Source: an uncultured Lentisphaerota bacterium
GTDB lineage: Bacteria; Verrucomicrobiota; Kiritimatiellia; CAIQIC01
DNA length: 64,000 nt
NCBI GenBank assembly: GCA_903912445.1
Contig: CAIWHP010000218.1
Location: forward strand, 36,329 to 100,328
Reading direction: 5' to 3'
The notes under the pieces are model-generated. The model worked only from the letters and a program-made list of their open reading frames with translations. It had not been told where the DNA came from and made no database searches. Position numbers and translations under genes: made by a program. Below are positions 26,415-36,683 of this stretch, in pieces (the first letter of the stretch is position 1; every line of letters begins with the position of its first letter).

Positions 26415-27371
26415 TCAGCCGATGCCCTCGAAGAGCGCCGTCGAGAGATAGCGCTCGGAGGCATCGGGCAGAATCGCGACGATGGTCTTGCCCGCGAACT
26501 CCGGCAACTGGGCCAGCCGCACCGCGACGGCGGCGGCCGCGCCGCTGGAGATGCCGGCGAGGATACCCTCCTCCTTCGCCAGCCGCTTCGCGAACTCGAT
26601 GGCGGCCGGGCCATCAATCAGCTCGACGCGATCCACGAGGGCAAGGTCGAGGGTGTCCGGGATGAAGCCCGCGCCGATCCCCTGGATCTTGTGCGGCCCG
26701 GGTTTGAGCTCCTGCCCGGCCAGCTTCTGCGTAATGACCGGGCTCTCTTTCGGCTCGACCGCGACGGAAAGCACCTTCGCGCCCTTGGTCTTCTTGAGGA
26801 AGCGCGAGATGCCGGTGATCGTGCCGCCGGTGCCGACGCCGCTGACGAGCACATCCACCATGCCATCGGTGTCGTTCCAAATTTCCGGGCCGGTGGTCTT
26901 CTCGTGGATCGCCGGGTTCGCCGGGTTCTTGAACTGCTGCGGCAGGAAATACCGCTGCGGATCGCTCGCCGCGAGCTCTTCCGCGCGCCGCACCGCGCCC
27001 TTCATGCCTTCCGGGCCGGGGGTGAGCACAAGGTTCGCGCCGAGCGCCGCGAGCACGCGCCGCCGCTCGATGCTCATCGTCTCCGGCATCAGCAGCGTCA
27101 GCTTGTAGCCGCGCGCCGCGGCCACATAGGCGAGCGCGATGCCCGTGTTGCCGCTGGTCGGCTCGACGATCTCGATGCCGGGCTTGAGCACGCCGCGCTG
27201 CTCGGCATCCCAGATCAGGTTGGCGCCGATGCGGCACTTGACCGAATAGGAAGGATTGCGGCCTTCGATCTTGACCAGCACCACGGCCTTGGCGCCCTCG
27301 ACCACCCGGTTGAGGCGCACCAGCGGCGTGTTGCCGATGGAACGCGAGTTGTCATCATAGATACGGCTCAT
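26415..27371 (-). CDS. cysK: cysteine synthase A (O-acetylserine sulfhydrylase)
   Basis: Full-length PLP-fold: [23 protein letters not shown] motifs; 318 aa. Confidence 0.9.
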   Translation of the reverse strand: MSRIYDDNSRSIGNTPLVRLNRVVEGAKAVVLVKIEGRNPSYSVKCRIGANLIWDAEQRGVLKPGIEIVEPTSGNTGIALAYVAAARGYKLTLLMPETMSIERRRVLAALGANLVLTPGPEGMKGAVRRAEELAASDPQRYFLPQQFKNPANPAIHEKTTGPEIWNDTDGMVDVLVSGVGTGGTITGISRFLKKTKGAKVLSVAVEPKESPVITQKLAGQELKPGPHKIQGIGAGFIPDTLDLALVDRVELIDGPAAIEFAKRLAKEEGILAGISSGAAAAVAVRLAQLPEFAGKTIVAILPDASERYLSTALFEGIG

Positions 27372-27388
27372 GGTTTTTCTCCTGTTGG

Positions 27389-27826
27389 TTAAATTTCGTA
27401 CTCAAGGTGTCCGCCGTAGACCTTGAACGCGATCAGATCCGCCGCCGTGAGGATGCCCACCGGCGCGCCGGCCTGCGTGACGAGCACGCCGGGCGCACCG
27501 CCGCGCAGCAGGCCCAGCGCCTCGTCCAGCGTGGCCGCTTCGTCGAGCGCCGGCAGCGGCGGCTGCATGAATTGCTCCACCGCCCCGCGCAGGTGCGCAT
27601 CCGTCGTCACCAGCCGCTCCAGCAGCGCGCGCTCATCGAGGCTGCCCACGACGCGCGCACCGTCCAGCACCGGCAGCTGCGAGATGCCGTAGATCTGCAT
27701 CTGGTTGATCGCCGCGCCGATGTCGCTGCCCGCCTGCACGGCGATCAGCCGCATGTGCCCCTGCAACCGGCGGTTGTAGTCGCGCACGACGTGCAGCGAC
27801 ACTTTTTTATGGAGCGGTTCCGTCAT
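27389..27826 (-). CDS. CBS domain-containing protein
   Basis: ATG at 27826 (aa 33 of ORF ..27922); two CBS repeats (…[15 protein letters not shown]… / …[12 protein letters not shown]…). Confidence 0.7.
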   Translation of the reverse strand: MTEPLHKKVSLHVVRDYNRRLQGHMRLIAVQAGSDIGAAINQMQIYGISQLPVLDGARVVGSLDERALLERLVTTDAHLRGAVEQFMQPPLPALDEAATLDEALGLLRGGAPGVLVTQAGAPVGILTAADLIAFKVYGGHLEYEI

Positions 27827-28184
27827 CGGCCATCGCCTCGATCTCCAGCCGCGCGCCCTTGGGCAGCGCCGCCACCTGGAAGCACGACCGCGCCGGCGGC
27901 TGCGCGCCGAAGTAACGCGCATAGACCTCGTTCATGGCGGCAAAATCCTTGATGTCCGCGAGCAACACGGTCACCTTCACCACGTGCTGGAGGTCCAGCC
28001 CTGAGGCGCGCAAGACATTACGAACGTTCTCCAGCGTCTGCGCCGTCGCCGCGCCGATCTCCGTCGCCAGCTCGCCATCCCACTTCACCGGCAACTGGCC
28101 GGAGACGAAGACCAGATGGCCCGCGCGGCGGAAATGCGAGTAGGGCCCTGCGGGCGCCGGCAGTTTTGGTTTTTCCGTGCTCAT
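27807..28184 (-). CDS. ridA: RidA/YjgF family reactive-intermediate deaminase
   Basis: ATG at 28184 (aa 23 of ORF ..28250); PAPAGPYSH...GHLVFVSGQLP...KVTVLLADIKDFAAMNEVY...CFQVAALPKGARLEIEAMA. Confidence 0.8.
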   Translation of the reverse strand: MSTEKPKLPAPAGPYSHFRRAGHLVFVSGQLPVKWDGELATEIGAATAQTLENVRNVLRASGLDLQHVVKVTVLLADIKDFAAMNEVYARYFGAQPPARSCFQVAALPKGARLEIEAMADDGTAP

Positions 28185-28188
28185 CGTT

Positions 28189-28269
28189 CTTCCAAGGGTT
28201 GGAACTTTATTTCGCGTTTTTTCCAAGGCTTGGAAAAGCCCACAGAGCACCTTTCCAAGCCCTGGAAAG
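28189..28269. repeat. three phased copies of the palindromic motif TTTCCAAG-N-CTTGGAAA
   Basis: ttccaagggttggaac (28189-28204), ttttccaaggcttggaaaa (28218-28236), ctttccaagccctggaaag (28251-28269); ~31-33 bp phasing; fills the ridA-metY intergenic gap. Confidence 0.7.
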
Positions 28270-28274
28270 CGCGC

Positions 28275-29606
<1,332 letters not shown>

Positions 29607-30107
29607 TCAAATCACGTAGTGCAACTCGGCCGCCTGCGCGTCGTACTGCTCCACAATGTTGCGCAGGGTCAGCGACTGCAATTTTTGGCGGAGCGCCGCC
29701 TCGACCTCGCGCCAGGCATAGCCCGCCGCGCCATTGGTGAGTTCATCGACCGGCACCAGCTGGCACGGGCCTTCGAGCGCCTCGACGATGGCGAGCAGCG
29801 TGATCGCCTCCGGCTGGCGCGCCAGCCGGTAACCGCCATGCGCGCCGCGCTCCGCGCGGATCAGCTCCGCCGAGGTCAGCAGCCGCGCCACGTGCCAGAG
29901 ATATTTCTCCGAGATGAGCAGCAGCCGCGAGAGCGCGCCCAGCGTGAAGGGCTCCGCGCCCGGATGCCGCGCAAGCGCGATCATGAAGCGCAGCCCGTAG
30001 CGCCCCTTGGTCGTCACACCCAGGCCGCTGCCAAATTTTCCGAGCGGGGCCGCCGCCTTGGGCACCGCGCCCCGCCCCACCCGCTTCACCTTGGTTTGCT
30101 TTTGCAT
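29607..30107 (-). CDS. Rrf2 family transcriptional regulator (IscR/CymR-like)
   Basis: ATG at 30107 (aa 6 of ORF ..30122); wHTH GRYGLRFMIALARHPGAEPFTLGALSRLLLISEKYLWHVARLL; sits between sulfur-metabolism genes. Confidence 0.8.
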   Translation of the reverse strand: MQKQTKVKRVGRGAVPKAAAPLGKFGSGLGVTTKGRYGLRFMIALARHPGAEPFTLGALSRLLLISEKYLWHVARLLTSAELIRAERGAHGGYRLARQPEAITLLAIVEALEGPCQLVPVDELTNGAAGYAWREVEAALRQKLQSLTLRNIVEQYDAQAAELHYVI

Positions 30108-30186
30108 ATTCAATTCTCTCATATGTCCATCGGCGTGGTGGAGTATATGATAGAAAAACCGCCTGTCAACCGCTTTGTGATTTTTT

Positions 30187-31227
30187 TCAGGCCTCCACCG
30201 GCCGCCGTGCCGCGCCCTGGCCCTGGCCCACGGGGCGGCCGATGGCAGCGAGGCGGCCGCGCAGGCAGAAGCTGCATTGCGCGCCGTCCTCGCGGATGCA
30301 CGCCTTGCCGGGATAGATTTCGTAGAGAGCGCGGTACTTCAGCGGCGTGACGTTGGGCATGACGATGTTCGCACCGCGCTGCAGGCCGAGCTCGCGGCCC
30401 TGCTCCAGGTTGAGGGTCGCCAGCGCCGTCGTGCTCGGGATGTTGGCGCGCGGGCACAGCAGCCGCGTCAGCGCGATCATCTTGAACGTCATCAGTTCAT
30501 CCGCCGGCGGTTGCTCCGGCCCCGCCACGGCCGCCGTTTTGCCAAGCGGCGTGTCGGGGTGCGGGATGAACGGGCCGACGCCGATCATGTCGAGATCGAG
30601 TGCGCGGAACGTCTCCAGGTCGCGCGCGAGGTCGCGGTAGGTCTGGCCGGGGATGCCGATCATCACGCCGCTGCCGATTTCGTAGCCGAGGGCGCGCAGT
30701 TCGCGGAGCATCGCGAGGCGGTCGGAAAGCTGGCCGCCCGGACCGGCGGGATGGATCAGGTCGTAGAGCGCGCGGTTGGAGGTTTCGAAGCGCAGCAGGT
30801 AGCGGTCGGCGCCGGCCGCGCGCCAGAGCTTCCACTCGTCAGGTGACCGCTCGCCGAGGCTCAGCGTGACCGCGAGCGGGGTTTCGCCCTTGATGCGGCG
30901 CACGACGTCGGCCATTTCCTCCGCGCGCCAGCCGGGATCCTCGCCGGCCTGCAAGACGACGGTGCCGTAGCCGAACTGAAACGCATCGCGCGCGGAGCCG
31001 AGCACCTCGTCGGCCGTCATGCGGTAGCGCGCCAGCTCCGCACGCTCGACGCGCAACCCGCAGTAGGCGCAGCGGCGCACGCAGTGGTTGGAGATCTCGA
31101 TCAGCCCGCGGAGATGGACGGCCTCGCCGACGTTCGCGCGGCGGACACGGTCGGCCTCGGCCCACAAGGGCGCCAGGCGCTTTTCGTCCGTCTCGGTCAG
31201 CCAGGCCAGGATGTCGGCGGTGTTCAT
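30187..31227 (-). CDS. radical SAM protein, HydE/BioB/PylB-like subfamily
   Basis: ATG at 31227 (aa 13 of TTG ORF ..31263); CxxxCxxC motif in EISNHCVRRCAYCGLR; ~345 aa TIM-barrel rSAM. Confidence 0.7.
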   Translation of the reverse strand: MNTADILAWLTETDEKRLAPLWAEADRVRRANVGEAVHLRGLIEISNHCVRRCAYCGLRVERAELARYRMTADEVLGSARDAFQFGYGTVVLQAGEDPGWRAEEMADVVRRIKGETPLAVTLSLGERSPDEWKLWRAAGADRYLLRFETSNRALYDLIHPAGPGGQLSDRLAMLRELRALGYEIGSGVMIGIPGQTYRDLARDLETFRALDLDMIGVGPFIPHPDTPLGKTAAVAGPEQPPADELMTFKMIALTRLLCPRANIPSTTALATLNLEQGRELGLQRGANIVMPNVTPLKYRALYEIYPGKACIREDGAQCSFCLRGRLAAIGRPVGQGQGAARRPVEA

Positions 31228-31259
31228 GCGCGCCAAGGATGCCGCAGGTTGGGCGGAAA

Positions 31260-31706
31260 TCAAACGCGGACTTTGATGACGACCTTGTGCAGCGCCCCCG
31301 CCCCGGCCAGCGGCGCGTGCAAATCTTCCGGGAAGAAAACAGCGAAACTGCCCGCCGGGGCGGGCAGCCAGACGGCCGGCGCACCGGCGAAAAATTCAAG
31401 ATCCTTGCCGTCCACATACGGCTCGGCCACCGCCGGTGCATCGGCCCGCGCGCGCCAGCCATATTCCTCGTGGCCGGCAAGCACGAACTGGATGTCCGCA
31501 TATTTCCGGTGCGCTTCCAGCCGCGCGCCGGCGTGGCCGCGTCCTTCCGGACGCTGCACGAGCGCAAACAGCCGGTCGCCATCCAGCTCGATCCGCCCGA
31601 CGGGCAACGTCGCCAGGTCCGCCCGCCGCAGGAAGGCGAACGCCGCCGCAAAGGCCGGATGTGCGCCCGCATAACGCTCCGCATTTTCCAACAAGTCCAG
31701 AATCAT
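31260..31706 (-). CDS. YhcH/YjgK/YiaL family protein (DUF386)
   Basis: ATG at 31706 (aa 56 of ORF ..31871); 148 aa, MILDLLENAERYAGAHPAFAAAFAFL...HRKYADIQFVLAGHEEYGW.... Confidence 0.65.
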   Translation of the reverse strand: MILDLLENAERYAGAHPAFAAAFAFLRRADLATLPVGRIELDGDRLFALVQRPEGRGHAGARLEAHRKYADIQFVLAGHEEYGWRARADAPAVAEPYVDGKDLEFFAGAPAVWLPAPAGSFAVFFPEDLHAPLAGAGALHKVVIKVRV

Positions 31707-31720
31707 GTTATCGTCTCCGC

Positions 31721-33241
31721 GTGTCGGCCATCGTTCTAGCAACTTTTTCGGCGCGCTACCAGCACGCGGCGTTCGGCCTGCGCTATTTGCAGGCGAACCT
31801 CGGCGAGCTGCAGGCGGATTCCGCCCTCCTGGAATTCGACCTGCAAACCGCACCCGCGCTGGCCGCCGCAAAAATCCTCGCGCCCGCCCCGCGCCTCGTC
31901 GGGCTCGGCGCCTATATCTGGAACATTCCCCAGACCGCCGCGTTGCTCGCGGCCCTGCGCCGCGCCGCGCCGCAGCTCACGCTCGTCCTCGGTGGCCCGG
32001 AAATCAGCTACGCAACCGAAACGCATCCGCTGACGCCGCTGGCCGACTACGTCATCTGCGGCGAGGCCGACCTCACGTTCGCCGCGCTCTGCCGCGCCGT
32101 GCTCGCCGGCGCGCCGCCGCGGGAGAAAATCGTCCACGCGCCGCCGCCCGCGCCCGCGCAGCTCGCCCTGCCCTACGCGCTCTATACCGATCACGACCTC
32201 GCGACGCGCTTCACCTACCTCGAGGCCTCGCGCGGCTGCCCGTTCGGCTGCGAGTACTGCGTCTCGGCCATCGAGCGCGGCGTGCGCCGCTTCGAGCTGG
32301 CAGCCCTTTTGCCGGAGTTCGAGCGTTTGCTCGCCCGCGGCATGCGGCGCATCAAGTTCGTGGACCGCACGTTCAACCTCGACGCCGACTTCGGCCGAGC
32401 CGTGCTGGAATTTTTCTATTCCTATGCTGCAGGTAGGGCGCCGCCTCCGGCGGAGCCGCTCGCCGTCAACGGCTCGGCGGGACGCCTCGCCCCACCGTCA
32501 GAGCTGCAGGTGCATCTGGAAATCACACCGTCGTGCCTGACGCCACCGTGGCGCGAGCTGCTGCGGCGCGCGCCGCCCGGCCTGCTGCGGCTGGAGGTCG
32601 GCGTGCAGACCTTTTCCGAGGAAATCAACGCGCGCATCGGCCGGCAACAAACCGCCGCCGCGGCCGAGGACGCGCTCCGCTTCCTGCGCCAGGAGACCCA
32701 CGCGCTGATCCACGCCGACCTGATCGCCGGGCTGCCGGGCCAGACGCTGGAAAGTTTCGCCGCCGACTTCGACCGCATGATCCATCTCCAACCCCACGAG
32801 CTGCAGGTCGGCATCCTCAAGCGCCTGCGCGGCACGGCCATTGCGCGGCACGACGCCGAGTGGGATGTCCGCTGGAATCCCGAGCCGCCGTACGAGCTCG
32901 TCGCCAACCAGTTGCTCGACGCCGCGACCGTGGAAAAGCTCAAGCGCTTCTCGCGCTTCTGGGAGCTGCTCGGCAACCGCGGCCGCTTCGAAAACACCTT
33001 GCCGCTGCTCTGGAGCGGGCCGGGCGACTCGCCGTTTTCCAGGGTTTGGAAGCTCTGCGACCACCTTTTTCCAAGGTTTGGAAAAACCCACAGCATCCCC
33101 CTGTTCGAGCTGGCCTACGCGCTCCTCGAACACCTGGTCGCCGGCTGCGGCCTCGAACGGGCGCGCGTCGCCGCCGCGCTGCGTACCGATTTGGCGCGCA
33201 GCGGCGCGCTGCATCTGCCAAACTGGCTCGACACACCATGA
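31721..33241 (+). CDS. B12-binding domain radical SAM protein (DUF4080 type)
   Basis: GTG at 31721 (aa 96 of ORF 31436); N-terminal B12-binding-like Rossmann, rSAM motif LEASRGCPFGCEYC, C-terminal DUF4080-like region; carries an in-frame copy pair of the TTTCCAAG palindrome at 33035-33086. Confidence 0.7.
   Translation: MSAIVLATFSARYQHAAFGLRYLQANLGELQADSALLEFDLQTAPALAAAKILAPAPRLVGLGAYIWNIPQTAALLAALRRAAPQLTLVLGGPEISYATETHPLTPLADYVICGEADLTFAALCRAVLAGAPPREKIVHAPPPAPAQLALPYALYTDHDLATRFTYLEASRGCPFGCEYCVSAIERGVRRFELAALLPEFERLLARGMRRIKFVDRTFNLDADFGRAVLEFFYSYAAGRAPPPAEPLAVNGSAGRLAPPSELQVHLEITPSCLTPPWRELLRRAPPGLLRLEVGVQTFSEEINARIGRQQTAAAAEDALRFLRQETHALIHADLIAGLPGQTLESFAADFDRMIHLQPHELQVGILKRLRGTAIARHDAEWDVRWNPEPPYELVANQLLDAATVEKLKRFSRFWELLGNRGRFENTLPLLWSGPGDSPFSRVWKLCDHLFPRFGKTHSIPLFELAYALLEHLVAGCGLERARVAAALRTDLARSGALHLPNWLDTP
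33035..33086. repeat. two phased copies of palindromic motif TTTCCAAG-N-CTTGGAAA located in-frame inside the B12-rSAM CDS
   Basis: ttttccagggtttggaag (33035-33052) and tttttccaaggtttggaaaaa (33066-33086); translates in-frame as ...SPFSRVWKLCDHLFPRFGKTH.... Confidence 0.65.
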
Positions 33242-34650
33242 AAAATACCGACCGCCCGATCGTCGTCAGCCTCGTCAGCCTCGGCTGTGCGAAGAACACC
33301 GTGGACTCCGAGCGCATCCTCGGCCGCCTCGTCGAGGCGGGCTTCCTGCTCTCGGAAGACCCGGCGCTGGCGGATATCTGCCTGGTGAACACCTGCGGCT
33401 TCATCCACGACGCGCGCGAGGAATCCGCCGCGACGCTGCGCGAGCTGGCCAAGCTGCGCCAGGGCGGACAGCTCAAGGCGCTCGTCGCGCTCGGCTGCCT
33501 CGCCGAACGCGCGCTCGATGTGCCGGAGGTAGCCGCGACGCTCGCGCCCGCCGACGCCACCGTGCGCTTCTGCGACTATCCGCGCCTCGCGGAAATCTGC
33601 CGCGAGTTGGCCGGGCGCCATTCCGAAAAGAATCGGCGGCCACAGGCCGCCGCTCCAGCAGCAGGCGACTATCACCAGACCTTCCAGAATTTTCCGCGCC
33701 TGCGCATCGGCGCGGCGCACACGGCCTATCTGAAAATTTCGGAGGGCTGCTCGAATCCCTGCCGTTTCTGCGCCATCCCGCGCATCCGCGGCAAGCAGGT
33801 CAGCCGCCCGATCGCCGACCTCGTCCGCGAGGCGCGCGAGCTGCTTTCCATCGGCGCGCAGGAGCTGTGCCTGATCGCACAAGACACGACCAGCTATGGC
33901 CGCGATCTCTCGGGAAAACTTCTGCTGCCCGAACTGCTCGGCACGTTGCGCGACGAAATCTCCGACGCCGTCTGGTTCCGCCTCATGTACGCCTACCCGC
34001 TGCACCTGACCGACGCCGTGCTCGACGCGCTCGCCAGCGACAGCCGCTTCTGCCCCTACCTCGACCTCCCGCTCCAGCACATCTCCGACGCCATGCTCGC
34101 CGGGATGGGCCGCGGCATGACCAGGGCCGCGACGCTCGCGCTGCTCGACCGCCTGCCGAAAAAATTGCCCGGCCTCGCGCTGCGCACCTCGTTCATCGTC
34201 GGCTATCCCGGCGAGACCGAAAAGGATTTCGAGGAACTGCTCGCCTTCGTCCGGGAGGGCCGCTTCACGCACGCCGGCGTCTTCCTCTACTCGCACGAGG
34301 CCAAGACGCCCGCCGCCCAGCTCGCCGACAGCCTGCCGCCAGCCGTCAAGCAGGCCCGCCGCGACGCGCTGATGGCGGCGCAGCTGGACGTCTCGCAGCG
34401 GCGACAGGCCGCGCGTGTCGGCCAGGAATTTTCTGTGCTGGTGGATGAGCCCGTCGAGCGCGGCGCCAAAGTTCCCAAGGGCGTCCGCGCCATCGCGCGC
34501 AGCCAGCACGAGGCCCCGGAAGTGGATGGCGTGGTCATGCTCCGCGGTGCCGCCGCCGGACGCCTGCAGCCCGGCGCCTTCGCCACCGCGCGCGTCGTCG
34601 AAAGTCTCGATTACGATGTGATCGCGGATGTTGTGCCGACGAAGGGATGA
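33238..34650 (+). CDS. rimO: ribosomal protein S12 methylthiotransferase RimO
   Basis: ATG at 33238 (aa 236 of ORF 32533), overlapping upstream stop as ATGA; MTTase N-domain, rSAM CxxxCxxC (SEGCSNPCRFCAIP), TRAM domain; 470 aa. Confidence 0.9.
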   Translation: MKNTDRPIVVSLVSLGCAKNTVDSERILGRLVEAGFLLSEDPALADICLVNTCGFIHDAREESAATLRELAKLRQGGQLKALVALGCLAERALDVPEVAATLAPADATVRFCDYPRLAEICRELAGRHSEKNRRPQAAAPAAGDYHQTFQNFPRLRIGAAHTAYLKISEGCSNPCRFCAIPRIRGKQVSRPIADLVREARELLSIGAQELCLIAQDTTSYGRDLSGKLLLPELLGTLRDEISDAVWFRLMYAYPLHLTDAVLDALASDSRFCPYLDLPLQHISDAMLAGMGRGMTRAATLALLDRLPKKLPGLALRTSFIVGYPGETEKDFEELLAFVREGRFTHAGVFLYSHEAKTPAAQLADSLPPAVKQARRDALMAAQLDVSQRRQAARVGQEFSVLVDEPVERGAKVPKGVRAIARSQHEAPEVDGVVMLRGAAAGRLQPGAFATARVVESLDYDVIADVVPTKG

Positions 34651-34685
34651 GGCCGCGGACAACCGGTGGCCGGCAGATCAACCCG

Positions 34686-35507
34686 TCACTTCACGCCATC
34701 GCGGAGCGGCACGATGTTGTAATCCTTGCCGCGCGTGACCTTGATCAGCGGCTCCAGCAACTCCACGGTGTTGGTGTACCCCACGTGCAGGAGCACGATG
34801 GCGCCGGACTGGAAGCGGTTGACGATGTTGGAGGCATACGTCATCTTGGGGTCGGGTGGCTTATAGTCCTTGTCCAACATCATCATCAGCTTCTGCCGCT
34901 GGATCCATTCATAATTGGGATCGCGCTCCCGGGCGGAAGCGGAGGACTGGTCGACCGTATTGGTTGCCGTATCCAGCAGGTTGGTGGGCCCCGCCATCAT
35001 GATGCCCGGCTTCCAATCATCGGCACTGATGGTCCAGCGCACCACCCGATAGCCCTCGGCGAACGCCACGCGCCGTAAGTTCTCATCGATCTCCCCGTAG
35101 GCCGGGCGGAAGAACGGTTTCGAGGAACGCCCCGTCGCGCGGACGATCGCGGCATCGGCGCGCCGCAGTTGCTCGACGATGCGCGCCTCCGGCGCATGCC
35201 GCAGCAGCGGATTGCTGTAGCTGTGGTTATAGACCTCGTGGCCTTCGGCCGCGATGCGTCGCGTCAGGGCGGGATGTTGCTCGACGAACTGCCCGGTGAC
35301 GAAAAAGGCCGCGGGCACACGATAATAGCGCAGCTTGTCGAGCAGCTCGGCGGCGCCGATATCGCTCTCGCGCGCATCGAACGTGAACATCACCTGCCGG
35401 CCGAGCCAGTGGCCGCGGTTGATCGTCGCCGGCGCATCGGCGGGCGCGAACAACATCGTACACCCCGCGGCGGCCAGCAGCACCAAGGAGACAAGCAGGC
35501 GTTTCAT
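34686..35507 (-). CDS. polysaccharide deacetylase (NodB-homology, CE4) lipoprotein
   Basis: ATG at 35507 (aa 33 of ORF ..35603); lipobox LAAAGC; NodB motifs FTFDA, HEVYNHSYSNP, LLH. Confidence 0.8.
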   Translation of the reverse strand: MKRLLVSLVLLAAAGCTMLFAPADAPATINRGHWLGRQVMFTFDARESDIGAAELLDKLRYYRVPAAFFVTGQFVEQHPALTRRIAAEGHEVYNHSYSNPLLRHAPEARIVEQLRRADAAIVRATGRSSKPFFRPAYGEIDENLRRVAFAEGYRVVRWTISADDWKPGIMMAGPTNLLDTATNTVDQSSASARERDPNYEWIQRQKLMMMLDKDYKPPDPKMTYASNIVNRFQSGAIVLLHVGYTNTVELLEPLIKVTRGKDYNIVPLRDGVK

Positions 35508-35742
35508 GTGGATTTTGTAGCGCAAGCGGCGACCTTTTCCAAGACTTACCGCCAGCGGCGGGCGAGGCAGCCGTGCCACGGGCGGCCCTGTTGCGCCCCG
35601 CACAACACGCTGACCGTTCTTGCTCGTCCTCGTCCTCGATAAACCCCGTGAACGCTGATCGAGGACAACGACGTGAACGAGGGACGCTTAATCTGCGTCA
35701 GACTGTTGTACGGCTCTCAATCGATGGAAAATGGCCGGGCGC

Positions 35743-36129
35743 CTACAGTAACACACAGCTTTCGATATCGGCGTCGTCGAATTCCGCCGTCCCGATCCGC
35801 AACCGCAAGGGCTCGTGGCCGGCGGCGCAAGGCAGCAACTGCGCCAGCACCAGGGTCCCCACAAACTCCGCGGGCACGCCGCACAGCGTCACGCGTACCC
35901 GGCGGTTCAGAATCAACCCGAACCGCTGTTCCAGTTCCTGGAGGGCCGCAGCCCTTTCCGAGTGGAAGGCCTGATAGCCGCGCTCGGACGGGTCGCCGGG
36001 CAACGCGGTCAGGGGCTCAGGGCGTGGTGGCACCACCGGCGGGACCGCCGGCCGGGCCGGGGCCGTCTGCGTAAAGTCCAACGCCAGCTGCGTCGTCCCC
36101 GAGGCCATCCGCTTGTCCGTGCGTCGCAT
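35743..36129 (-). CDS. hypothetical protein (128 aa)
   Basis: ATG at 36129 (aa 124 of the artefactually long ORF ..36498), 9 nt after the cobU stop; no recognisable domain. Confidence 0.35.
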   Translation of the reverse strand: MRRTDKRMASGTTQLALDFTQTAPARPAVPPVVPPRPEPLTALPGDPSERGYQAFHSERAAALQELEQRFGLILNRRVRVTLCGVPAEFVGTLVLAQLLPCAAGHEPLRLRIGTAEFDDADIESCVLL

Positions 36130-36137
36130 CGGCACTC

Positions 36138-36683
36138 CTAGGGATACGCGACGCCTTTGAGCGCCAGCGGCAGGCCGGCCGCGATGAACATGACGGCATC
36201 GGCCTCGGCCGCCAGCGCCTGGTTCAGCCAGCCGGCGAGGTCGCGGAACTCGCGGCCGAGCGCGTGCTCCGGCACGATGCCGAGGCCGACTTCGTTGCTG
36301 ACGAGAATCAGGCTCGTGGTGCGCCCGCGTATGGCGGCGAGCAGCGCCTGCTGCCGCGCCGCGACGCCGGGGGCGCCTTCCTTCACCAGCACGTTGCCGA
36401 GCCAGACGGTCAGGCAGTCGAGCAGCACGCCATCCCCCTGCCCCGCCGCACGCGCAAGCGCGCCGGCGAGGTCGAGCGGTTCCTCGACGCACTGCCACCG
36501 GTCGCCGCGCGCGGCACGGTGCTGCGCGATCCGCGCGACCATCTCCGCATCGATCGCCTCCGCCGTCGCCAGGAATACCGGGCGCGGCCAGTAGCGCTCC
36601 GCGAGCTGCTGGGCGTAACGGCTCTTGCCGCTGCGCGCGCCGCCAAGCACGAGGATCAGCCGGCCTTGGTTTGCGTCAGACAT
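36138..36683 (-). CDS. cobU: bifunctional adenosylcobinamide kinase / adenosylcobinamide-phosphate guanylyltransferase
   Basis: P-loop ILVLGGARSGKS; 181 aa; CobU/CobP family features incl. the conserved His region (IAQHRAARGDRW). Confidence 0.85.
   Translation of the reverse strand: MSDANQGRLILVLGGARSGKSRYAQQLAERYWPRPVFLATAEAIDAEMVARIAQHRAARGDRWQCVEEPLDLAGALARAAGQGDGVLLDCLTVWLGNVLVKEGAPGVAARQQALLAAIRGRTTSLILVSNEVGLGIVPEHALGREFRDLAGWLNQALAAEADAVMFIAAGLPLALKGVAYP

Noticed and set aside
28189-28269. Regularly spaced palindromic repeats considered as a possible CRISPR array
   Set aside because: Only 1-3 copies per locus, the repeats are perfect palindromes of ~17 bp with ~14-bp 'spacers' (far shorter than CRISPR spacers), the same spacer-less pattern recurs at six loci, and there are no cas genes in the window; better explained as a REP-like or operator array.
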